A stretch of DNA of 64,000 nucleotides from assembly GCF_964355755.1 (NCBI RefSeq), contig NC_092670.1, positions 35,700,388-35,764,387 of the forward strand, read 5' to 3'. The notes beneath the pieces were generated by a model. It saw only the letters and a program-made list of their open reading frames with translations, did not search any database and was not told the origin of the DNA. A program made the position numbers and the translations under genes. The stretch is from Antedon mediterranea (lineage: Eukaryota > Animalia > Echinodermata). The first letter of the stretch is position 1; each line of letters begins with the position of its first letter. Shown here piece after piece: positions 1-14,100 of this stretch.

Positions 1-914
1 TATACTTTACAATACAGTACATATAAACTTCATAACATTAACAATTGAACATTGTTATCGTTATGTTTATAAAAACCTTGTCCACATATATATTCCATGC
101 GAACACAAATATACAAGTTTCAAATGGTATGGTAGTCAAAAAACATCATTAATGATGTCTGTAATTTACCTATCACATTTCCTAGCAAAACTTGAAGTTT
201 TTACACACAATGAGACTTCCGTTTTGTATAGCATGTGCCCCATGTTTGTGTGAACTCTAGAATGTACACACATGGGGGAGCACACAATACAAAACACAGG
301 TGTTGACAAAGTGTGTGTAAACTATCGAGTATTACTAAATGTAAACTTGTGTAATGTAAAATACAGTAGGTGTAACGGGTTATTCATAAGTAATGAATTG
401 GGAGATGCTACTGTACTATCTTTTCGACTTTTTACAACATAAACACTTTCTTTAAGTCAACACTCATTCCATATGGATAACAGATACCAAGGAAGCACCC
501 TATGGAAAAAAGTTTGGAAAAATAAAACTCACAATTTGATACAAAGTTCGCAAATTTGATCACTAAATGACAATCCGAAGCACATTACATATGTAATCAT
601 TTTTATGGAAACATGAATATTATCTCTAAAATCACATGATTTCATATTTTTTTGGTCTCACTTTTGTCTCCTGAAAAAAGGATAGAATAATGTAGAAAAC
701 TACATTGCATTGTAAAATTAATAAGGGTATATCTATCGTAATGCACATAAAAAAAACAATTTATTTGAAAACCTATCTACTTATTTTAGAGAAACAATTT
801 ATTGTGAAGATACACCAGCTCGTTATACGTCATATGCTGTCATTTCCATTGTAATGTGACCGTACAACAAATATTACTTCTGATGTTTGACAATTCATCA
901 CAGCAGTTGTAGAA

Positions 915-1870
915 ATCCATTGAATGCTGATGTGTACTAAACTTGCTAGACCAAACAGGTCTCACCAATGACTGTTGGTTGGACCAAACACACCAGATGA
1001 AACCAGGTCACAATTGAGTGCTGTGCATACAAAAGTCACTGGACACAAGTTCTTCATTTAATGCTGGTGAGGACCAAACATCATTCATAACGTCTGAATG
1101 CTGGTGTGCAGTAAACTTTAACAGACCAGCATCTAGGTCTCCATTGAATGCTGGTGTGCAGTAAACTCACCAGAACAACCAGGTCTCCATTGAATGCTGG
1201 TGTGCAGTAAACTCAACAGAACAACCAGGCCTGCATTAAATGCTGTGCGTAAAAAAGTCACCAGACTAACATCCATAAGTTCTCCATTGAATGCTTGGGA
1301 GGACCAATCATCATCCACTGAATTTTGTGCATACAAAAGTCACTAGACCAGCATCCACAAGTTCTTCATTGAATGCTGGTAAGGACCAAACATCATTCAT
1401 AACGTCTGAATGCTGGTGTGCAGTAAACTTTAACCGACCAACATCTAGGTCTCCATTGAATGCTGGTGTGCAGTAAACTCACCAGAACAACCAGGTCTCC
1501 ATTGAATGCTGGTGTGCAGTAAACTCACCAGAACAACCAGGCCTGCATTGAATGCTGGTGTGCAGTAAACTCACCAGAACAACCAGGTCTCCATTGAATG
1601 CTGGCGTGCAGTAAACTCACCAGAACAACCAGGTCTCCAATGCTGATGAGTACCAAAATCCAGGTTTCCATTGAATGCTGGCGAATGCAGCCAAACTAAT
1701 CTGGCCAACATCCAGAAGGTCTCCATTAAATACTGGTGTGTAAACTCACTTGACAAAGTAAAAGAATGATTCTATTGAGTGCTGATGTGTACCAACATTC
1801 ACCAGATGTTGTCTTCATTAAACTGCAGTGTGTGATAAAAAAGAAGTATACTATTGAATGCTGTTGAATT
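915..1870. repeat. Degenerate 46-bp minisatellite with ~315-bp higher-order duplication, downstream of the PIP4K2 stop
   Basis: Unit CCATTGAATGCTGGTGTGCAGTAAACTCACCAGAACAACCAGGTCT at 1141, 1187, 1453, 1499 etc.; block starting TGTGCATACAAAAGTCACT recurs at ~1022 and ~1326. Confidence 0.85.
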
Positions 1871-2155
1871 CATCACTAAACTCCTTCAATTATATTTCTA
1901 AAAGAATAATTCTTGTAACAAATATTTGATCACCAATTAGTATCTGGTCCTTAACACTAAAGACATCATTTAATACTAGTTGTCCGCAAAGCTTTTAAAA
2001 TGTCCAATCCACAGGATGTCCTGTTGAACACTGGTAGACGAAATCACATTGAGAGTCGCGCTAATAAATTTGACAATATATAAAGTGGTATATAGAAACA
2101 TTGTTCGTTACTAACTGGCAAGTATTTAAACATAGTCTCTCACAGGTTTGTTGCG

Positions 2156-5100
2156 CTATTCAACTGCCTTTGAAATGAATTCTAAGAATCGCTTGGCATA
2201 TTGTTCAGGTTTAACTGTTGAGATTTCCGCCCCGGCCTAAAAAGAAAGGATAGAATATTATATTTCAATACAGTTAACTTATTAACAATAAACGATAACA
2301 ATTTTGCTCTCTCTTAAAACAAATTGGCTTAAATCTTGTATGTTCATAAGCACAAATTTTACTACCTTAAAATATTTTAATAACTTGCCCTGTACAAATT
2401 GGTCGCATATAATTTTAAAGGTACAGCAAAACCCCTATAAAGCTCTCTCTACACTATCAAAATAGTTTGAAAAAAAAAGTGTGACGTGCCCAAATATGGA
2501 GGTGATATACCTAAATATGGTAGTGATGACATCATGTTCATATATATGGGCACATCACATTTTTTTTGTCAAATAAAGTTTGATAGTGTAGACAGAGCTA
2601 TAAAGAAGACACCTAACCCAACCAAATGTCCACTTAATATAATTAATAGGGGCTTGTAGTATTGTTAAAATATATATTAACCTTGTTCATTTCATGGCAA
2701 GTGTTCCTCGTAATAGGGGAAAGTCCCACAGAGGATATGCTTCCCCTTATCTTAACCACGGTCGCAATTTGAGAAATGTTAATTTGTTGGATGCCCCTTG
2801 TGTAAAACTAATCGTTGGAAATGCTTTACCATCCCTAACATTATTGATAGAATGAATGAAGCTTCTAAATCTAAAACTTTGTAGGTTTATAATATTAATA
2901 ATAATTAACGAATTAGTGATTATCTCATGCTTTGGTTTATCTGGGTCTTTTGGCATTTTAAAGAATTTTAACGGCTTTTTAATGATCGGATTTATTGTGT
3001 ACTTGTATATATTATATTGTTGTTAGAGTCTTTTAAATTTTTACTTTGTACGTTGTTTGAAGAATTATTCAGCCGTTGGCTGCCTTCTGTTTGTACTATG
3101 TATGTGTTTTTTATGAATAAAAATACCTATATATTCTAATGCTTGCCTCTTTGTGCTCATTTGTACACTCCATAAGTGTGAGATTCTATGCCTGTCTCCT
3201 ACTTACCCCATGTTTTACAGTCTTGGCAGCCATTGCAGCTTTCTTGCGAGCACCCCAATGAGTTAAGATATCTATCAGTCCTAGAAAGTAGACTTCTTCT
3301 TTTGGTGAATCTGTCAATGGAAAAACATCATTTGTTAAAATAATAGTGAATTTTTTTGTAAAACTATATAGAGTAAATGTAAATATTCTCTACTTTTTAT
3401 ATTTCAATACAGTAGTCCCCTATCAACAGTGTCCCCAAATAGGGGGTGTACTCTAAATAAGTGTTGGACGTAATCCTTCCACAAACAGTAAAATGTCTCC
3501 ATAAAGAATGAACTAATGTAGAAGTGTAAAAAAAAAATACAAATTTAGTGGGAGAAAACAAAATTCTGCAATGAAAAAAAACCTTACTGAATTTATGTGG
3601 ACTTTTTGTTACATATTCGAAAATGATTAAAATTGTTGTAATGTGCATCTTGTGACAGCAAATACATTTGTCGATACAATACATTATATTTATTTTAATG
3701 CAAACAAAAAACCAAAATCACATTTGTACTTCTTTTACGCATCTCATATACATGCCATTAATTGCCATCAGCTTGGTTATAAATAGACTTAAAATTCAAT
3801 AATGAAGGCAGCTAAAAACACATGCACAAAATCTCTTCATTAAACCCATTCACACTGGCTCATTAAACGCACCTTCCAATCATTATCTCTGGCAACGAAA
3901 CAGCTTATGGGACTTACTAACCGAATTAAATTAGACCAGCTGAGTGACCATGGTGTTCTAATTAGCACACTGAATATTCATGAGATGAATGGCTAATGGA
4001 CGAGCATGATGGATTGAAATAGAACAAATCAATTACCGTATCTACTAATTGATATTAAGGGAAGTATTTAGGTTAAGATTAACCATAGTGTAAATGCAAT
4101 TTATACAAACTAATGGCAAAGAAGATGTTTACATCGTAGATCATTCTGTCTCTTTTAGATATTTATAAAGATAATGCATCTTGATCATGTAGCCCAAAGG
4201 AAGCTTAAAGTGACCTTCTGAATTCACAAGCACAATTATTTTTACACAGTATAATACATTATCCTATAAGAGGTAATATTTCTTGGAATTCATTTTGGTA
4301 AATTTCCAAATGAATACTGTAAAGTTGGAAAAAAGCATTTATAGAAATAAGCCTGTGGCTAGTGGTTTAACAGCTATGATCGCTTACTGCATAAAACCAG
4401 AGGCTATGGAGCTTAAGGGGCCCCAGAGCATGAGCAGCCAAATGCAATCACCCAGTATTGTGAAGGCCAATTTGTAGTGCTAAACAAGGGGCCTGTGGCA
4501 GGTGCATATCTACTGACAATGTGGGAGCAGAAAAACTGACATAATTTGCAAAAACTATGAAATATGGGTAGTGAGGTGATTTCCGCATTGATCATAATCA
4601 AAACAGTACTGTGTACGAGTAACTAGCGTTCCTGTGCTCAACAGAACATCCATTCATAGAAGCACTGATTAATAATGGGTATACGCATGACACAGTACTT
4701 TAATCAGTTCGGTTATCACCTTAGACATCCTTTTAGCTTTTATTCTTTCTTTTTTATTTTCTCATTTCAAACAGTTTAAATAATGTAGTAAAATAATAAA
4801 TACCATCAGAAGCTCGAATAGCATATAGATCTTCACTAAGGTCACACTCTCCTGATGAGAGGAGAGCTGGAGACACATTCATGGGACTGTCAGGAGGGGT
4901 AAATGTTTCGCCACTTCCCGAGTCTTCATCCTCATGGAATCCATTCTTTTCTTCAGCTTCCAGCCTCTCGCGTTCCTCCTGCTCGGCTTTTGCCACATCA
5001 TGGATGCCAGCTAATAAGCTGTAGTCCATTAATTTCAATTTGGCTAAGAACTTTTTGCAAAAAAAAGAATGTAAAACATTTATTATTACACAGACTAGTC

Positions 5101-8100
5101 AATAAATTTATAATTGTAATACTAATAGTTTGCAAACATTTTTTAAATAACGTTCCAAGTTCTTCTCAAATTTATTGGATATGTCTATCTCTAATTCTAC
5201 TATCCTGTTTGGCCAATGAAGTGGTGACCTTTTATCCACAAGGCACCAAGAATATTAGTGGCGGATCAAGGATTTTGAAAAAGTGATGGGCACAGGGCCT
5301 AAAGATTAAGTGCTGAATTTTAATCTGATTTTCTATCTCTTGCATTCTATTTTTCAAAATTAAGGAGGCTCCCTTGAATCCGCCTATGAAAGTGGTGCTC
5401 GAAGGAGGACCATAACACTAGATTTTTTTTTTGGATCAAAAATCCCAGTTGCGACTTTTAACAAAACGTGACAAACTAGGTAGATGGTATTTGGAGGGAA
5501 TCATATTAACAGAATTACAGGCAATAAACTGGCATTCATCATCAACTCAATTGGGAGATATTTTGTAGGTAAAATCATGTGCAATATTCACCTCTACATC
5601 GTGTTCCAATGTAGTGAGTAACTTCTGTTTGGCTTCAGCACCGACATATATTTTGTTGTTTTCTTTCAAGAAGTCTTGGTCCTTGAAAGTTGGAAAATCT
5701 TTAGCCTAAAAAAATAATAAAATAAGTCATTGTATTATTAAGTATTAACTGAAACGAAACAAAAATTGGAAACCCAACGTCAACAATTACCATTACACAT
5801 CCTTTAATAATATAAATATCAAAATGTTGTAGTAAATGGAATGAACCTACACAAGACAAATGTTATTTAAGTGACATCTATACAAGGATTGTTATCATAA
5901 CATATTTATTTGACTCATTATGTTGTGTATTAACGCACAGGGCAAAGGTCTTTGGTTTAGCACTCCTAAGGGGCCCTCCAACGCTGGGTAGTTGCATTGA
6001 ACTCTTTATGATCTGGAGCTCATAGTTGTTATGCAACTGTGTATATACTGTGACCAAATGTTTTGTCAAAGATCTCCGACTACAGTTTTTTCCTATTAAA
6101 AAGCTATAGACATTGCCACTGTATAGCTCTGTCTGCACTATCAAACTGTATGTGACAACAAAATGTGATGTGCCCATATATGGACATGATGATGTCACAT
6201 CACTACCATATTTGGGATTATCACTACCATATTTGGGCACATCACACTATATTTGTCAAATGAATTTGATAGTGTAGACAGAGCTATAGTCAAAGATAGG
6301 CAAACATATAGAAATTGACAGATACAAACCTTTTCTTTATCACTTGCTTGTCTGTCAACAGTTGACCCCTTGAGGTCATATTTCCGATGAATTGCCAAAG
6401 TACTACTGAAAACCCCCCTCATTATTATCATGTACGTTTCATTTCCATCAACTGTCAATCGATACATACCGAGGTATTGTGGTAAAAGCGTTTCACCGTG
6501 GATTTCTACAACATACTGAAAAATATTAAATCATAGCAACTATAACTGAATGCAACGTATCACTTTTATCTTTGTACGTCGTAACGCCTTCACGTGACGA
6601 AAAGAAATGATGACGGTGGTACGTTCCCACATGAGGGCGTGGTTGCGGACTAGACCATTAGGAGTATCCTAGGAACTAAAATTTTCCTCAGGGTGCCGGA
6701 CCGATTCCGGGTAAGATGTGAAAGTAGCTTTAACTGCTAAGCCACTCAACTCGTCATTACTGTGGATCTAAAATTTATACAAGGATACACATAAATTTAA
6801 CTTAACAACCTGTTTTACCTTATGGTAGGCTTTAAGCAGTTCATGCATGAGTCCAACCTCTTCGCTTGATATTGTTTTAATAACATATTTTTTGTCCGCG
6901 GACATCATGAACTTGGAACCACTTTTGCCAGAACTGTCATCGTACCCTGGTGCGGAGGATGTGAAAGAATTCTACAAAACAAGCAATCAAATACAGTTTT
7001 AAACAAATACAGTATAAATTTACAGTGTTAAATGTTCAACGTTGGGTCTGGTTAGAGCTTGGATGGGAGACCATCTGGATCGGGTGCTGTACAGTATATG
7101 GAGCTGGGTCCCATTAAGCATTTTACTCTTATGGCAGCCCCTGCATCTAGTATCTGCTTCTTTATTTCCTTATGACAAAATGAACAATCTGCCATACAGT
7201 ACTAGAAATATGTGAACATGTGGAACAGTAATTAAGAAAATCTAATAGTGAAAAGCTGAACAAGGACTCTTGTGACTGATTGGCACTACTGTACCATTTC
7301 TGCTAAATACGTAGGACTATCATAATGTAAGTAAAGCTTGGTTGACACAACGCAAGGATATCGCAACACAAGTAAACATGGTGAATCATACACCGCGTTG
7401 GTATTTGTCTTGCATCCTAGTGAGATTATGGATAATATTTTAACTCATCTCACTCGAAAACATGGTACCATGTAGATCTGATAAGTTAACAATTTATAGA
7501 ATATTTAAATTCTAAAGGTTAACACGATAGTTTGCACACACACAGAACGAGACAATGCACACAATTAATTTGATGTTACAATAAAATTAAATTATTGCAC
7601 TGTTTAGTGTTACTGTTACATTTCTTGGAATTAACTAAATGTTAATTCCAAAAAAATGTGACAATTGGTGAAATTAAAAGGTTACTGTAATTAGTAAATA
7701 TACTGTGATAATTCAAAACAAATAGGAAGTACTTTACAGTACTCTGGAAATGAATTCTATAATCATTTAAAATTAGAACAATCAAACTGAATATTGTAGA
7801 TGAGAGACAGGTCCTTGTTGTGGGTGTATGCATGCCACAATGTGTTAAAGAAACACCTAAGTAACCTTGGATAATTGATATTTGACACCTCAAATTGTAC
7901 AAAATTGAACTATGAAATTATGCAATTTATACAATATGTAGTGTATCACATATTTTAGATCAATGAAGTAGTGTACTATTTGGTTTTTGTAGTGGTAATT
8001 GAGGTTTTCATTTCTAGAAAAACAGGAAAGGATGGATAGTAATAATACAACTTCGGTGGCTACAGTATGACTGAAAAGGATTATTATACAGAAATTTTTT

Positions 8101-11100
8101 TTTTTGTTATCAAGATAAATATAGATAGACCATTGTGTATGCATGGAGGTACTTCCATCATGTATGGATGATATAAAATTATAAGGAAACCTATAGTCTA
8201 GAGCCTAGTACTAGTAGCACAGTAGTACTCCAAACTCTCTCAAAAGGTCTAAAGGGTACTCAAATTATTTTTAGTAACTAGTACTAAAAACACAGTAGGC
8301 CTAAAACCAGAATTTCTGGAAAAGCAGACATATTACTTAGGTCAGCCCAGAGAGTAAGCACTACAGTATCATTATAAATGATTAAACTGGCCAACTATCT
8401 CAATAAAAGTGAATTTTCACTTATGCCATTTTCACATCTGCATAGTAAAAACAATTTTGTGAAGAATCTCAGACAAGCACACTGATGAGAGGCCTGTTTT
8501 TTTTCCCTAAAATGTTTCGAGTTCTCACTGTGCGCACATGTATATTGCCCTGGTATTAAATCATAGTAATTAAATCAAATAGCGCACAACTACACTTTCC
8601 TTCCAGGATTTCTGATGGTTCGCGTGTACATGTATGAAAATGTGTAATAAATCACAGGAGATCAAATCTGGTTTATACAAGTTGTTACAATTTATGCAGG
8701 AAAAGGATTAGTGAAATCAACAAAAAATAATATCTTAAAAAAATTACAATTGGTACTCACAAGGAAGTCTACATCACTAATATTGAATCTTTCTCGAAGG
8801 TTCCTGAAGACCAATGGGCAGTATTCTTTAACTTTAAAATGGCTTGGTAAATTTTCCCTGCAAAAAAGGAAAAAATTTAATAAAATAAAATTCATATATT
8901 ACTACTGTATTATCAAAATTATATAGAGAAAAAAATATCCATCTATATTAAAATTAATAGTTAATGTTAAATCTGTTTGGCCTTGACAATGACAATCCTA
9001 TGAAGAACTTGATAACTGATATAGATCATCATTATAATAAACATTTATTTCCAAATAATGGTGGAGTCACCAAGAAAGCAAATGCTTGTGTCAAGGACGC
9101 CATAACAAAACAGACAAACGGAAACAAAAAATATATATTATAAAAAAGATAGATAATTATCTTTATTCATCAATAGCAAATTGTAGCAAACAAAAATAGC
9201 TTTTGCTAATCAATTATAATTTACTATGGCTGGCACAGAATCTTCATTTCTTGTTTTAAACAGAGAACCATCTGTAGTAATTAATATTCAATTCAAAGAG
9301 CATCGAATGTACAGAAAATGTTAATTGGGTCAAGGGCAAATAACAAAACAATGGTTTTTTTTATGAATTTTTGTAATTATTCATTTACAGTATTTATTAT
9401 TTTCTTTAAAAAAATATAAAATATACCAGTAAAAAGCACTTTGACACGGTGTTCAAGAAAGTGTAACATTTCTAAAGCTCTGTCTATACTACAGTCAAGA
9501 CAAAAACATGTGATGTGCCCTTATATGGACATGATGATGTCATTATCACTACCATATTTGGGCATATTACCACCATATTTGGGACAGTTTGATAGTGTAG
9601 ACAAAGCTTTAAATTAATACAGCATACAGTAATGTATGCGATGTGCCCTTATATGGACATGATGTCATAACACTACCATATTTGGGCATATTACATTTAC
9701 CACCATATTTGGGACAGTTTGATCATGGAGGTAAAAAATAAATTGAATATTTTTTACCTTCATGGTTTGATAGTATAGACAGAGCTTTAAATACAGCATA
9801 CAGTCTGTAGGTCAGCAATAATTAATATGCCATCAAAGTGAAACCGTTTCTTTACATTAAGTCTGTACTAAATTCAAATGTTTTGCAATGCCGATTAAAT
9901 ATTAGATATATAAGATATTAAATCAGATTAATTTTTATCTTAAGCATAATATTAATAATGTTTGTTTAGTTGGCCTTCAATGTGAGTCAACAACTACTGT
10001 ACAAGTACTGAGTAAATAAAATGAGATTGTTTTTTAAAACCATTCACATGGTTTTCTATTAAAATTATGTCTGACCACACTATGACTTAATAACTACAGT
10101 ATGTATTAACAATTAGCAATCATTAAATGTGGTAGATTACTTTACTTTACTTTGACTCATTAGCTTAATGTGACTGTGAGTCATCATAAACAACAAGTTT
10201 ATTTATCTCAAGTAGTGTGCACTTTCTGAGTGCGTTTTACGAATATGGAAGTTCGGGGGGGGGGGGGGGGGGGCTGTCCCCAGATAACTCTGTCATTAAT
10301 CATTCCTTAACATGTTTTTAATTTATGTCTGTATCTTGGTGTTCTACCAGGGCTTCGAAGGTCAGAGTTCACAAATTTGCACAGTACACACAGGTTCAGA
10401 CTGTGTACTGAATTGAAGTAATAAAAGGGTTTTCGTATCTAAGCCCTCCCTCTGAAGAGCATTGGCTAGTGTTGGTTTATCCAGGTAAGCTAGGCACGAA
10501 ATAGATCATGCTACCTTTATAGGCTTATTGCTATCCGATGGCGTTCGATTTTCAAACATTTGATTAGATTCAAAGTTCACATGGTGGCAGTAGATTGTTA
10601 CGGGTAAGAGTATTTAAATATTTTTGTAAACACATTACTGTATATTCTTTAAAATTACCAGTACTTTCATAGTAGTTATCTATTTGCATTGCAGAATATA
10701 CTGTAATATAGGATTACAGCACTACAGTTATTTACCTCCGCCAAGGAGGTATATGTAATCGGTAGCGTGTGTTTGTTTGTTTGTTTGTTAGCAGGATTAC
10801 TCAAAAAGTAATTACAAGATCTTTACCAAAATGAATAGACAGATATATATGTGGTCAAGGACCATTCCATTAAATTTTGGGAACCATTTGGGACCACAGT
10901 CCCAATTCTGGACCACTTTTTATTATACTTTTTCAGACCTGCTAGCGTTAAACGATAGGACAGAATTTTTCAAAAGCCGGCGAGCAGTCTTAAAGTAACA
11001 AGTAACTGAAATTGCATTTTCTCGAGAACTACTTGTCCAAAAAACTTCATTTTTTAACAAGAGGCAAGAGTTATAATTTGTGATTTGTAATTTTAAAACA

Positions 11101-14100
11101 TAATTTGATTTAATGTGCACGTTTTTTGATGCGAGTAGTTTAAAAAACCTATTTCTTTTCAAATTCACTCGTTTGATTTTCGCGTTGCTGTTCTATTGTT
11201 AGTCAACTGAAGCTATTGTTAATTGAAAGGCTTGTTACATAACCATTACACCAAACTCGCATACACATGCTTGTAATGAAATTAACCTAAATCACAAACA
11301 GCATTAAGACACACACAAATATATATATTGTTTTTACTGGAGAAATCTTATGTAGGAGAATTTTACAGTAGGCGGAGTGGCTTTCTAGTTACTTGTAAAA
11401 TGTCAATAATTCTCAGAATTCATAAACAGAATTTAACTTTCAAAGAAAAACTATATTTAGAACAATTCATTACTTAATAATTATAAAATAAAGATTTAAG
11501 TTCTTCGTGGTAAATGTACTTTCGAATAGAAATTTCCATACATCTTGATTTTTAACTAACTGTATAACTGTAAAACTATTATTGTGCTACATACAGTATT
11601 CCTGGTTATATTGTTTTAATAGAACTGAGGGACCAATGGGCAGTATTCTTTAACTTTAAAATGGCTTGGTAAAACTGGGCGGAACTTTGGAAAATGTTAA
11701 TACATTAAATGTCCAATAATGAGATGTACAGTAATCCTAATTTTGAATGGATACAGTAGCTTTTTAGTTTTTTTTAGGCTGACTGAAGTGAATATTAATA
11801 GAAGAAAAATATTTTGAACATTTAATGATATCATCATCAAATATAGTTATTTGTTAAATGATTTTAAATAGACCAGAAATGTGATTAACTGCCTTTTAAA
11901 AATGGATACATATTTCATTAACTAAAAGTACTCTGTATTCTGCCATAACCATTGCTGCAGAATCTGACATTAACAACACCCTAGAGGGTTCAACTGTATC
12001 CAACTGTGCATTGCCTCACTTGTAATCATAGATTTAATATATTAAATTTAAAATAGCTTAAAGCCCCATTCCCTACGTTTTTTAGATCTAATTTAAGATC
12101 ACAAACTATATTTAATGTAAAAATAATACTATATGGTCCTATTGCGATAACTTTTTTCGTCTTTAAACGGTTAAAAATGTGAAAAATAAGTCGATTCTAA
12201 TAATTATAGCGGCCCGCTATAAATCCCAAAATGCATTGCGCGCGGATTGATATTTTTGTTTTTCTTCTGTAATTCACCCACTTTTCGATCGATCGTGAGG
12301 CCAAAACAAATGGAAGAGTCCTAACTTTTCAGCGAAAATACCGGGTTTTCCCCAATTTGTATCAACGGAGTCTGGCAAAAATAGAAAGACAATTAATGCA
12401 GCAACCATACAACGTCAGGCTAGGTATATAGCTCGCGTACGATGTTCGTACGTTACCGATGTTTACCAGCTAGGCCTACAAAACTAAGCCTAGCTAGGCT
12501 AGGCCTAAGACCGTCCACTAGAGGTCGATCGCCGCGAGCTACTTAGGTAGTGCATTGTTTCTCACTTTTTATCATAATTTACCATAAAACGTACATTTAA
12601 GACAAGGAATGACATGGTTTAATGTTTTTAAAGTGATATATATGTATTATTTTCCAAAAAACGTCCAAAATTGCAGGGAAGGGGTCTTTAAAGGCTGCTA
12701 CACACTAGGACGACAATGATCAACATAATTAGATAAACATACATTTTTCTTGCATAAAACAAAAGAAATTAGAAAGGTTTTCATGCTAGAACTATAGGAA
12801 CACAATGGTGTCTTTGATAAAAAATAATATTTTTTCAAATCCAATCAAATGACGTCATGATCAATAAAGAACAACAACACTGTTCTATCGTCACTATGGG
12901 CTAGTTTATAATTTCCTAAAAAAGCCTTTAAATAATTAATAGCCTGTAATGTTATTATTTTCAGGGAAATACAATTGCAAGTTTGAGCACTATATATATA
13001 GATAGTAAACTATCCTCTTGAAAAATAGAAATATTTAAAAACAATTATTATTTTTAGACTGTCTAATTTTAGGTCCATGGATTAAACCTGTACGCAGATG
13101 TGTACCCATCCGTAATTAAGCTCATTTGCATATATTGATCAATAACCTTGAGTTATATATAGTTAAAACAATTACTGTACAGTTAAATAATCTATTACTG
13201 TATGTTTTACAAAATATATACAGTAATTGGTTCATGCACCAATTACAGTATGAGCACTAAATAAAGAGCACAGAAATTATTAACATTGGAACCAAGGCAA
13301 ATGGTACAGGGGGTATAGGTTGAAATATTCCAATCCTCTGGAATTATTCAGTCACTCCCTCACCCCACTTAGAGTAAAAAAGCACTTTAGGTAAAAACAT
13401 CTTTCCAAAGTGTGTCTACTACTGTATCCTCCACCCTCTGACTTCTAAATCCACCTACAGTATGGCTCTCTGATCTCAGAAACCACCCATGGCCTTCCAA
13501 ATCTCATGTCCACAAGTGATTGGCTCTAAATGTTATCATAATAATAACATTTAAAGCAAATACCTTAATCCAGTTTGAAGTAACAACCAATTGTCTGGAG
13601 CGATGAATGGAGATGCTCTTGTAATTAAAAAAGTATAATTACTTACAGCATTATTATTACACAAACCTACAGTACAGTGGTGTTAGTAGTCTATGAGTGC
13701 CACTTACCTGGATAAACCAACAATTGTCTTTCTCCTCAAAGATTATAACTCGAATAGTTTTCACTGAACTCCCCTCTCCATAAATGGTATAGTCCATGAA
13801 CTATGCCCTCAAGTGTGAGCCTCCCACAAGCAACCATATATAACTCAATGAAAACTTCTACTTTTCGATATATACAGGTATTTCGCTCTTTGAGGAGAAA
13901 GGCTATTGTTGGTTTATCCAGGTAGGCTAGGCACGAAATAAACTAAGCAGTACTTACTTGTTGAATAGATGATTGTCAACTTTGACCTTACTGTATGCTT
14001 TGAAATCATCCGACATCAACATAACTGGAATGTTTATGTGATTCAATTCATTGATCTATATCAGAAAGGAAAAAAAAACAGTTTCTACTTTGAATCTATA

